NCBI GenBank assembly: GCA_965221865.1 | Contig: OZ244918.1 | Coordinates: 1,318,724 to 1,382,723, forward strand | Direction: 5' to 3' | DNA: 64,000 nt | Source of the DNA: Candidatus Poriferisocius sp. | GTDB lineage: Bacteria; Actinomycetota; Acidimicrobiia; Acidimicrobiales; Bin134 | In this document: piece by piece, positions 1-8,600 of the stretch | Numbering within the stretch: the stretch's first letter is position 1 | How the letters are laid out: each line of letters begins with the position of its first letter | Position numbers and translations under genes: made by a program | The notes under the pieces: generated by a model | Seen by the model: the letters and a program-made list of their open reading frames with translations, nothing else | Database searches by the model: none | What the model was told of the DNA's origin: nothing

Positions 1-198
1 TAAAGCCAGCACGTTAGGATCGTCCATTCGTACTTCAGATCGCGCATGATCGCGCGATGTCCATGTCTTACCTGTACCTCTTGCCCCTTGAATCAGCACT
101 GCGCCACGTCGCTGTAAAGCCAATCGAACTTCCTCATCAACAACCCGCTTCCGATAACCGGGCATCGACAACACGTTTGGCGAGTTTGCCTTGCTCAT
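1..198 (-). CDS. AAA+ ATPase, DUF4143-type; only the N-terminal 66 codons are here and the gene runs off the left edge
   Basis: My translation from the ATG at 198 on the minus strand is MSKANSPNVLSMPGYRKRVVDEEVRLALQRRGAVLIQGARGTGKTWTSR... It has a Walker A motif (GARGTGKT) and the same N-terminal layout as the full-length paralog at 56554-57822. It is missing from the ORF track because no stop falls inside the window. Confidence 0.55.
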   Translation of the reverse strand, partial: MSKANSPNVLSMPGYRKRVVDEEVRLALQRRGAVLIQGARGTGKTWTSRDHARSEVRMDDPNVLAL

Positions 199-222
199 AT
201 AGCTATCGTACTAAATGAAGAA

Positions 223-262
223 TTTTTATCTTTAGTTTTAGGGATTTTTTATCTTTAGTTTT
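223..262. repeat. 17-nt perfect direct repeat tttttatctttagtttt in two copies (223-239 and 246-262)
   Basis: Read directly from the sequence. It lies in the AT-rich spacer just upstream of the minus-strand ATPase start at 198. Confidence 0.8.
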
Positions 263-286
263 GTGGAATCTGAGTGGTTGATTAAC

Positions 287-379
287 TCAACACAGGGTAA
301 ACGGATTTAGTACTGGCACATCAAAGCGTTCAAAGTCACGTGGTAGTTCAGAAACAACATTGGTGTCAAGAAGGTACAT
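287..379 (-). pseudogene. vapC (PIN-domain toxin) remnant with an internal deletion; 30 codons remain
   Basis: The minus-strand ATG at 379 lies 7 nt after the antitoxin stop. The translation is MYLLDTNVVSELPRDFERFDVPVLNPFTLC*. MYLLDTNVVSEL is the canonical VapC N-terminus and includes the first catalytic Asp. Full-length VapC proteins are about 130 aa. Confidence 0.6.
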
Positions 380-386
380 AGAAGGA

Positions 387-665
387 CTATTCCAAAATCA
401 AAGGTTCTCTTTGATGCATCTCCTGCCGCAGTGGCGTCAACGATTCTGTGCGACCTTCAGATGCTAGAAGCAACTCCTTCAGGCTTGGCTGCGCCCTATC
501 AACAAGGCGATACCAATGGTCGATAGGGACGACCACAGCCATTTCTACTCCTCGTTTGGAGACAACTTGGGGGCCTTCAACCAAGCTGGTTTCTAGTAAC
601 TCGCTAAATCGCGCCTTTGCCTCCTGTACTTGCCAAACTTTTCTTGTCGAATCTTTTTGCATACT
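387..665 (-). CDS. Type II antitoxin, Phd/YefM-like (VapB-type)
   Basis: The ORF track gives ...MQKDSTRKVWQVQEAKARFSELLETSLVEGPQVVSKRGVEMAVVVPIDHWYRL..., which is a typical Phd/YefM fold signature. I placed the start at the internal ATG (665), which follows an aggaag Shine-Dalgarno sequence. Confidence 0.65.
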   Translation of the reverse strand, partial: SMQKDSTRKVWQVQEAKARFSELLETSLVEGPQVVSKRGVEMAVVVPIDHWYRLVDRAQPSLKELLLASEGRTESLTPLRQEMHQREPLILE

Positions 666-910
666 ACTTCCTAACTGTTTTCTGATATGTGGCAAGTTCT
701 AGTGGTGGTCGCGACATAGTTGATTGTAGTCGGTTTGGAAATAGACTAAAGGTTGGAGATTTGCAATCCGATCTCGCAGCTCAGAGATTTCTAGCGTGCT
801 GTCAGTCCTCATTTCTCCAGACACGCCTTTCTATGCTGCTTTTTGCTGTAACAGATATTAGCAGGAGTTGTCGCTGCATCAAGAGAGAAAAATGCTAGTG
901 GATTGAATAC

Positions 911-976
911 GTGCGATGTGCGGTATTGATGTGCGCTACAAGTCAATCCTGTGCGATGTGCGGTGTTCGAGTGCGC
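911..976. repeat. Two 26-nt imperfect direct repeats (911-936 and 951-976) spaced 40 nt apart; possible regulator binding sites
   Basis: The copies are gtgcgatgtgcggtattgatgtgcgc and gtgcgatgtgcggtgttcgagtgcgc, identical at 22 of 26 positions. They sit immediately upstream of an extended -10 element. Confidence 0.7.
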
Positions 977-982
977 GTTTTC

Positions 983-991
983 TGTTATAAT
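983..991 (+). promoter_or_regulatory. Extended -10 promoter element TGtTATAAT
   Basis: The sequence tgttataat occupies 983-991. An in-frame GTG at 998 lies 6 nt downstream of the hexamer, which is consistent with a leaderless transcript. Confidence 0.4.
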
Positions 992-997
992 CACAAA

Positions 998-2278
998 GTG
1001 GCTTGGGATAAAGAACTGCCTCAAAATCCTTTTACACCTGATTTTGGAATAAGACCCAATCGTATGGTGGGCACAGATGCATTATTAGACGAAATTTCAA
1101 GTTCTTTGGTAGCAGGACCACGCAATATCGGATTCACTAGAGTTCTGATTGGGCAGCGAGGGTCAGGTAAGACTTCTCTACTGTCTGAAATAGGCGAGCA
1201 GGCATCGCAGCACGGTTTTCTGGTTATAAGCGTTGATGCGGCCACTAGCGGTTTGCCTCAACGGATTATTGCCAAAACACCATCAGCAGTTCGAAAACTG
1301 GCAGACACTGGTTTTAGAGGCAAAAACAGATTGAGTAATCTTGGTGTTGAGCCTTTGAGTTTCGGCTGGGATCGAACAGATACTGGCGATCCTGCAACGG
1401 ATTTGCACTCCCACTTAGACCTTCTAGCAGATCGGGCTGCAGAGAGAGGCTTCTCTGTGTTGTTGACTGTTGATGAACTGCACGCTGGAGACAGAGAGGA
1501 ACTGCGTAGACTGTCCGCTGATTTGCAAGACATCATCAAGATCAATCAGAAACCTTTAGCTCTGCTCAGCGCAGGTTTGCCTCAAATCAAATATACGATT
1601 TTGAGAGATATAAAAATGACGTTTTTTCACAGATGCATGAAAAACGATACCCCTATTACGAGTTATAGTGATGCTTGGAAGTGTTTGCGTTTCACAGTAG
1701 AAAACGCTGGGGGAAGCATTGATGATGATGCGCTTGCAGAGTTGGCTCAAGCGTGTGACAATTCTACGCCTTACCGATTGCAGAGTATTGGTTACCACGC
1801 TTGGGAACTTGCCGACGCCCCATCTCGTAGTATCACAATGCAATCTGTTAGCGCTGCTATCCGCTTATCAGACGCAGAGGTAGATGAAAAAATCCTAACT
1901 CCTATGTGGTACGACATGGGGGAGATTGAACAAGAATACTTGGCTGTTGTCGCCCGACTAGGAGGGAAAGCGCATCTGCAAGATGTCAAGCAACGCATGC
2001 CGCACGTGTCAAGGAAAAATTTCAACTTGGCTAGAGACAGGTTAGAAGACGAGGGACATCTCAGAGTGTGTGAAAACACAAAAACAGTGCAAATGATTGG
2101 TGCATTAACACTGGAACATGTTACGAAACAACAAGAAATCGACTTTTTCAATGAACAAGAGCGAGAAACACCTGTTGTAGTGGCACAAGGTATGATTTGT
2201 AATGATTATATGCCTGTAGCGCAGGCACGCTGCGTATTGCCTCAAGGACATTCAGGGCGGCATAGGTCACGAAAATAA
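998..2278 (+). CDS. P-loop ATPase of the ORC/Cdc6 / Arch_ATPase (STAND-like) type with a C-terminal winged-helix domain
   Basis: Features seen: the N-terminal motif NPFTPDFGIRPNRMVG, Walker A GQRGSGKTS, Walker B LLTVDELH, and a C-terminal wHTH-like stretch LQDVKQRMPHVSRKNFNLARDRLEDEGHL. The ORF track starts at 911, but those codons simply translate the direct repeats. GTG at 998 is my preferred start. Confidence 0.6.
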   Translation: MAWDKELPQNPFTPDFGIRPNRMVGTDALLDEISSSLVAGPRNIGFTRVLIGQRGSGKTSLLSEIGEQASQHGFLVISVDAATSGLPQRIIAKTPSAVRKLADTGFRGKNRLSNLGVEPLSFGWDRTDTGDPATDLHSHLDLLADRAAERGFSVLLTVDELHAGDREELRRLSADLQDIIKINQKPLALLSAGLPQIKYTILRDIKMTFFHRCMKNDTPITSYSDAWKCLRFTVENAGGSIDDDALAELAQACDNSTPYRLQSIGYHAWELADAPSRSITMQSVSAAIRLSDAEVDEKILTPMWYDMGEIEQEYLAVVARLGGKAHLQDVKQRMPHVSRKNFNLARDRLEDEGHLRVCENTKTVQMIGALTLEHVTKQQEIDFFNEQERETPVVVAQGMICNDYMPVAQARCVLPQGHSGRHRSRK

Positions 2279-2424
2279 TCGTTGCTGTGTTGCACTTCTC
2301 AGCCCATACAAGAAGCTAATCTGCACCAGCTACACCTTCTTCCTCATTATCTATCGCTGCCATCACGTCACCCAAACACAGAGCTAACAACCTCTAAGGA
2401 CACTACACCTAGTATTGAACGGGT

Positions 2425-2454
2425 TTGACGGAGCAGTGAATTTTGCTCTAGTTT
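2425..2454 (+). promoter_or_regulatory. Putative promoter (ttgacg, 18-nt spacer, tagttt) placing the transcription start at or near the GTG start of the methyltransferase
   Basis: The -35-like ttgacg is at 2425-2430 and a TANNNT-type -10 (tagttt) is at 2449-2454. The GTG at 2462 follows 7 nt later, and no Shine-Dalgarno sequence lies between them. Confidence 0.3.
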
Positions 2455-2461
2455 TACTCGG

Positions 2462-5400
2462 GTGCCCGGGCCGTCGGATCAGCAAATGCGGGAATACTTG
2501 GACGCTGGCGATTTCAACGGCTTATTTCGACTACTGGGCTGGGATAACCCCATTGAGGGGCTAACGGCGACAGCTGAGGCCGAACACTCGGAGTGGACCG
2601 CCACGTCAGTGGCCGATAAGCGGGGTGTGACAGTGTGGCTGGTGGAAGCAGACAAGATTCCACCCCGGTCGGTTCAACACCAGATAGTGAAAGCAGCTAA
2701 GCGGTATTCGCGGGATCAACTTATGGTGTTTGCCTCAACAAAGACACAACTTTGGCTGTGGCCCGAGCAACGTCCCTCTGGGGTAGGCCACCGGTTGGTC
2801 GACCACCATTATCACCCCCACCACAGCAACGATGCCCTACTTCAGCGGCTGCACGATGTGTGTTTCACCCTGGCCGAAGAACCGAAGCTCACCGCAACAA
2901 AGGTGCTCGAACGTGTGCGCCGGTCTTTCAACGTTGAGAAGGTGACAAAATTTTTCTTCCGAGAGTTCAAAAAGCACCACGAGCAACTAGCAACTCAAAT
3001 TGAGGGTATACCTCGGCTAGACGATCAGCGTTGGTACGCATCGGTGCTAATGAACCGTCTAATGTTTGTGTACTTCATCCAGCGCAAGGGCTTTGTGGCT
3101 AACGATACCGGCTACCTCCGTAACCGGCTGACCATGGTGCGAGAGCGCTTGGGGAAAGACCAGTTCTACAGCTTCTTCCGCCAGTTCCTGCTACCACTGT
3201 TCCACGAAGGGCTGGGCAGCCCGCCCCCAGTTCGTCGCTATGGCGACGACCCGGTAATAGAGGAGATTATCGGCGAGGTGCCCTATGTAAACGGTGGCAT
3301 ATTTGAGAGCCACCGGCTTGAAGAGACCTACGACATCCAGATTCCAGATACAGTATTTGAATCCCTGTTTGATTTCTTTGACGAATGGCGTTGGCATCTT
3401 GACGAGCGTCCCAGTGGTCATGACAAAGAGATCAACCCTGATATTTTGGGGTTCATCTTTGAGCAGTACGTCAACAAAAAACAAAAGGGGGCCTACTACA
3501 CCAAACCCGATGTGACCGGCTATATGGCTACCTCGACCATCATTCCTGCTTTAGTAGATCGGCTGGTGGATGCTGGCTTAGCTGATCCCTGCGAACTGCT
3601 GCCCAACAGTGGCGACGATTACCTGCACGATGCTATGGGATATGGCTGCGATAAGCCTCTGCCCGAGGGCGACTTGCCGCCCAGCGAGTTCCCCGACGCA
3701 ACACTGGAGATCGCCCTGCCTGGTGAACGGTGGTGCGATGTAACTCACCGCCGCAAGCGTTATGCCGAACAAAAAGAACTGGTGGACTTTGGCAAGGTAG
3801 CTAACATCAACGATACCATCACCCAAAACTTAGATATTGCTGCGTTGCTGGCCGATTATTTCTACACTTTGACCTCGGCCGATGAATGCCAACGCGCTTT
3901 TGAGGTGCTGCGCTCGCTAACCGTTTGCGATCCAACAGTGGGATCAGGCGCATTTCTTCTTGCCGCACTTGACGTGTTAGATCCTCTCTACAGCACAGTA
4001 TTTTACCGCGCTGAAGAGATTGCTGTTGCTGGGGGGGGGGGGGGGCAACCCGCATTCTTGGCCGAAGCTCGAACCCATCCCAGCAAACGCTATTGGCTGC
4101 TTAAAACTCTTTGCCTAAACAACCTTTACGGCGTGGACCTCATGGCCGAGGCCGCCGAAATTGCCAAGCTGCGGCTGTTTTTGAAACTAGCCGCTCAGCT
4201 TAATGACCACACCCAAATCGAACCGCTGCCCGACCTAGATTTCAACATCAAAAGTGGAAACCTTTTGGTAGGCATTGCCGATGAAGATGACATCAAAAGA
4301 CGATTTTCAGATAGAGGAGTACTGCCGTTTGGTTTGGATCCAGCTATGGATGCCGCTCAATCAGTTGCTGCCGCCTATGACGACTTTATAGCTGCCCAAG
4401 CTGCTGAAACCGGTGCAGAAGGCGAACAACACGCTAAAGGCTTGTTACAAGGCAAAATCAAAGCTATCAGCCAACAAGTCGACGCGGCACTCTATGAAAT
4501 GCGAAACGAAAGCCAAAACTTTGAGGAATGGCGAAAATCGCACCAGCCGTTCCACTGGTTTGCCGAGTTCCCCACCGTCTGGCGCAACGGCGGCTTTGAT
4601 GTAATCATCGGCAACCCACCTTATATCGCCGTCTCAAAAAAGAAACGCGACCAGTTCAACTACAAGTGGGTCGGGTACAAAACCGAAAACTGCCCAGACA
4701 TTTATGCCGTATGCGCAGAACGAGCCTCAACCCTGCTCAACAATCGGGGTCGCTTTGCGATGATAGTAATGCACTCGTTGTGTTTTGGGGAAAAATATGT
4801 CTCTCTACGATCTTATCTAAGTGAACATTTTCCCTGCATTTGGGTTTCCTCTTTTGCTCGTATACCTGATTGTCTGTTTTATGGTAGCGCTAAAGTGCGT
4901 AATTCTATTATTATAGGATCACAATACAATGCAAAAAAAATATTTATAACTCGATGTCAGAGATGGTTGACTGAAAGCCGATCTTATTTATTCCCTCAGC
5001 TTAAGTATGCACAAATGCAAAGTGAGCTTCAAAGGAATGATAAGTTCAAAAGATGGCCTTTTTGTGACTCGCAATCAACTATACAAGCATTCTCATTACT
5101 ACATCAGAGTCAAAAAAATATCAATGACTCACTTATTCTAGATTCTCAATTCAAACTTGCGGTAGCAGATAATGCAGGGTATATGATAGGCATATACCCT
5201 GATCCGCCTTTAGATATTCTTGAAGATGGATCTAAAGAACTTTCAAAAAAGTATAACTGGCTTTATTTTTTGAATAGCATCGAGAGAAATATTGCTAGAT
5301 TAGTTCTCAACGGACGCTGGGGATATTTGTGGTGGCTAATGTGGGATGATGAATATCATGTCAAATGTAATGTCCTAACTCGCTTTCCAGCCGACATCAA

Positions 5401-5650
5401 AGGCTTGACAAGCTTAAATACCTCTGAGCAGTTGATAGCCCTCGCAGAACAGCTCAATCAAGAACTGCCTCTACATCTTGCTTATAAGAAAAATGCCAGT
5501 AGAAAAGTAGCTCGTCTTGACATAAATAAGTGCCGTCACATTACTGATGAGGCGGATTGGCTACTGGCTCAGGCTTGGGGATTGACGCGGGAGCAATATG
5601 AGGCGGCTGGCAACCTGCGTGACAGGATGACGTTTGGTAACAGGGACTAA
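2462..5650 (+). CDS. Large N6-adenine DNA methyltransferase (Eco57I / PglX / DrmMI-like, gamma-class) with a C-terminal target-recognition region
   Basis: The SAM-binding motif I DPTVGSGAFLLAAL is at about 3930. The catalytic motif IV is GNPPY, with the NPPY codons at 4613-4624. The protein is 1062 aa and shows no recognisable nuclease motif. Its stop lies 3 nt before the next gene. Confidence 0.85.
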   Translation: MPGPSDQQMREYLDAGDFNGLFRLLGWDNPIEGLTATAEAEHSEWTATSVADKRGVTVWLVEADKIPPRSVQHQIVKAAKRYSRDQLMVFASTKTQLWLWPEQRPSGVGHRLVDHHYHPHHSNDALLQRLHDVCFTLAEEPKLTATKVLERVRRSFNVEKVTKFFFREFKKHHEQLATQIEGIPRLDDQRWYASVLMNRLMFVYFIQRKGFVANDTGYLRNRLTMVRERLGKDQFYSFFRQFLLPLFHEGLGSPPPVRRYGDDPVIEEIIGEVPYVNGGIFESHRLEETYDIQIPDTVFESLFDFFDEWRWHLDERPSGHDKEINPDILGFIFEQYVNKKQKGAYYTKPDVTGYMATSTIIPALVDRLVDAGLADPCELLPNSGDDYLHDAMGYGCDKPLPEGDLPPSEFPDATLEIALPGERWCDVTHRRKRYAEQKELVDFGKVANINDTITQNLDIAALLADYFYTLTSADECQRAFEVLRSLTVCDPTVGSGAFLLAALDVLDPLYSTVFYRAEEIAVAGGGGGQPAFLAEARTHPSKRYWLLKTLCLNNLYGVDLMAEAAEIAKLRLFLKLAAQLNDHTQIEPLPDLDFNIKSGNLLVGIADEDDIKRRFSDRGVLPFGLDPAMDAAQSVAAAYDDFIAAQAAETGAEGEQHAKGLLQGKIKAISQQVDAALYEMRNESQNFEEWRKSHQPFHWFAEFPTVWRNGGFDVIIGNPPYIAVSKKKRDQFNYKWVGYKTENCPDIYAVCAERASTLLNNRGRFAMIVMHSLCFGEKYVSLRSYLSEHFPCIWVSSFARIPDCLFYGSAKVRNSIIIGSQYNAKKIFITRCQRWLTESRSYLFPQLKYAQMQSELQRNDKFKRWPFCDSQSTIQAFSLLHQSQKNINDSLILDSQFKLAVADNAGYMIGIYPDPPLDILEDGSKELSKKYNWLYFLNSIERNIARLVLNGRWGYLWWLMWDDEYHVKCNVLTRFPADIKGLTSLNTSEQLIALAEQLNQELPLHLAYKKNASRKVARLDINKCRHITDEADWLLAQAWGLTREQYEAAGNLRDRMTFGNRD
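4031..4045 (+). repeat. Homopolymeric G15 tract inside the methyltransferase ORF, encoding the Gly run in AGGGGGQ
   Basis: I counted the tract directly: gct, then 15 g, then caaccc. It lies between motif I and motif IV and is currently in frame. Confidence 0.9.
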
Positions 5651-5653
5651 CCA

Positions 5654-8600
5654 GTGCCGCTGATTTTAGACAACATCGACTCTTCGCTTGAAGAGACGAT
5701 GCTCAAATCGCTGGCATCATCACACTCACTAGATGCAGCAGTAGGATACTTCAACCTTCGCGGATGGCGGCTTATTGCCAATGCGGTAGACGCGTTACCT
5801 CGCCAACAAAGTAACCAACCCAAAGTGCGTCTGCTAGTAGGTATGACCGAAAATCCCACCGACGAAATGCGCCGCTTAATGCGCCTACGCCCTACACAGC
5901 CGGTTACCAACGAAATAGCCGAACAACACCGCAACAAAGTCATAAAAGAACTGCGAGCCCAGCTCCAAGTGGGCTTGCCCACCGCCCAAGACGAAGCCGC
6001 ACTACAACAACTACGCCAGCAAATAGCCACTGGCGATGTAGAAATACGGCTGTTTCTAGCCCACCGCCTCCACGCCAAGCTCTACCTCTGCCACCGTGAC
6101 GACACTGCGGCACCCAGAGTGGGTTATGTAGGGTCGTCCAACCTCACCAAAGCAGGACTGCGGGAACAAGGCGAGCTAAACGTAGACGTACTCGACACCG
6201 ATGCCACAACCAAACTCGCTAACTGGTTCAACGACCGCTGGAACGACCAGTTCACCGTGCCTGCCAACCCTCAACTAATCAACCTGCTAGACGAGTCGTG
6301 GGCATCCGAAAAGCTGCTAGACCCATACCTGGTATACCTCAAAATGGCCTATCACCTATCGTCTGAAGCCCGTGAAGGGCTCATACAATACGGCCTGCCA
6401 GCATCAATGGCCGAAAAACTGCTGGACTTTCAGGTAGCCGCAGTAAAAATTGCTGCCCGAATCGTCCATCAGCGGGGCGGAGCCATGGTGGGTGATGTAG
6501 TTGGGCTAGGCAAAACAATAGTGGGCACCGCCATAGCACGGCTGCTGCAAGAAGAAAACGGCTTCGAAACCCTCATCATATGTCCCAAAAACCTAGTGGC
6601 CATGTGGGAATCGTACCGTCACGAGTACCGCCTCCACGGGCGGGTGCTGTCACTGTCGATGGCCACAAAAGAGTTACCCAGCATGCGGCGACACCGGCTG
6701 GTGCTTGTAGACGAATCGCACAACCTACGCAACCCCAAACGAAAGGACTACCAAGTTCTTCACGACTACATCACTGCCAACGACTCTAAAGTGTTGCTGC
6801 TTACCGCCACTCCTTACAACAAAGAATTCGCAGACGTAGCAGCACAAATCGCCCTGTTCACAAGACCCGATACCGACTTAGGCATTCGCCCAACACAAGC
6901 AATCGCCGAACACACCGAAGCTGAGTTTGCCGCGCTGTGCGAGGGGCAAACATCCACGTTGGCAGCATTCCAGAAATCAGATCACCTTGGCGACTGGCAA
7001 GCGCTGATGTCGCAGTTTCTGGTTAGGCGCACCCGCCGCTTCATTCAAGACAACTACGCCCGCCAAGACGAGAAGGGTCGCCCCTACTTAACTTTTGGTA
7101 ACGGCGGGCGTTTCCACTTCCCCGAACGCCAAGCACATCCAGTAGAGCGGGAAGTAGCACCCAGCGATCCTGCTGCGGCAATGATGAGCCCAAACACCAT
7201 CGATGCCATCGCCAACTTGTTGCTGCCCCGCTACAACTTAGCCCGTTACCTCAACCCAAAAGAGACCCCAACCGAAGCTGAACAGGCGGTGATAGATGAC
7301 CTCCATAACTCGGCCAACGGCAACCTCAGCGGATTCAATCGGATTATGATGTTCAAACGTCTCACTTCCTCGGGGCCAGCATTTCTAGCCACCCTGCGCC
7401 GCCACGCACTCCGCAACCTTGTTGCCCTCCACGCTATTAACCATCAAGAACCACTACCAGTGGGCTCGGTAGACAACTCACTATGGTCGGCTGAGTTAGA
7501 TGCCGAAGAAGGCGATCTGTTTGAAGAAGGACTGTTCAGCCCCAGTGAAGTGCCCGATATCTCAGTACCAATGCGAGCATACCAAAAACTAGCCGAAACC
7601 CGACATGGCCGAGTGCGCTGGCTCAGACCCGAACTGTTCACCGAAGAATTTGGCGATGCGTTGCGCACCGACACTCAGGCCATCAAGGAGTTGCTTAGCG
7701 AATTCGGTGCTTGGAATGCCAAACATGATGGCAAAATAGCCTCGCTAATGGAGCTAATCACCCGAAAACACCCTACAGAAAAAGTGCTGGTGTTCACCGA
7801 AGCAGCAGACACTGCGGCCTATCTAGACGAGGAGCTGTCCCGGCGAGGGTTGGAGGATGTAGCCGCGGTAACCGGGAACTCCGAGAACCCTACCGCGCTG
7901 GCCTGTCGTTTCTCGCCCCAATCAAACCAGGGTGTAGATGCAGGCCGAAACCAGCCCGAGTTACGAGTGCTAATCTCAACCGACGTTTTATCGGAAGGCC
8001 AAAACCTGCAAGATGCCCGCATAGTGGTGAACTACGACCTGCCTTGGGCCATCGTACGGTTGGTGCAACGAGCGGGTCGTGTGGATCGCATCGGTCAGCA
8101 AGCCAAAACCGTGCTGGTCTACTCGCTAATGCCATCTGGGTCGGTAGATGAAGAAATCAACCTCCGGAGCCGTATTCGTGGGCGGCTAGAAGAAAACGCC
8201 GAGCTGCTGGGCTCCGACGAGAAGTTCTTTGGCGACGATACTGAGCGCGCAGTCATCTCGGGACTTTATGACGAGAACTCTGATTACCGGTTTACCGATG
8301 GCGGTGAAGAGGTAGATCCAGTGTCTATGGCCTACGAAATCTGGCGCCAAGCTGCCGAAAACTACCCAGACATAGCTAAACAAGTGGAGGCTCTGCCCAA
8401 TGTAGTGTACGCCACGATGGCGAAACAGCCCGGCGGTTTGCAAGAAGGACTGCTTGCGGGAGTGGTAGTACATTCGCAAACAGTGAGCGGAGCAGATGCT
8501 TTCGCATTCACAGACATCGACGGCGAATCGCAACATATCACTCCTCAAGAAGCGCTAAGAACTACCTATTGCACACCCGAGACCAAGCCTGCTAATCGTC

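Noticed and set aside
911-976. A possible mini-CRISPR array, given repeats with a 40-nt period
   Set aside because: There are only two imperfect copies and no further repeats or cas genes. The position directly on a promoter fits regulator binding sites better.
911-997. A Cys-rich N-terminal extension of the ATPase ORF (MRCAVLMCATSQSCAMCGVRVRVFCYNHK) that could be taken for a zinc-finger
   Set aside because: These codons are simply the two 26-nt direct repeats and the TGtTATAAT promoter element translated. The conserved ATPase N-terminal motif (NPFTP...) begins just after the GTG at 998.
4933-4940. The A8 run in the methyltransferase TRD and the A8 run in rpmJ (41764-41771) as additional phase-variation tracts
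   Set aside because: Eight A residues arise readily from Lys codons in AT-rich or Lys-rich coding sequence. The rpmJ run encodes the conserved KK of L36. Only the G15 tract is long enough to stand out.
5647-6078. A 143-aa minus-strand ORF overlapping the start of the PLD-helicase gene, and similar antisense ORFs at 7444-8548
   Set aside because: They lie opposite a gene with clear PLD and SNF2 motifs. Their Arg/Ser/Trp-rich composition is typical of antisense frames in GC-rich coding DNA.
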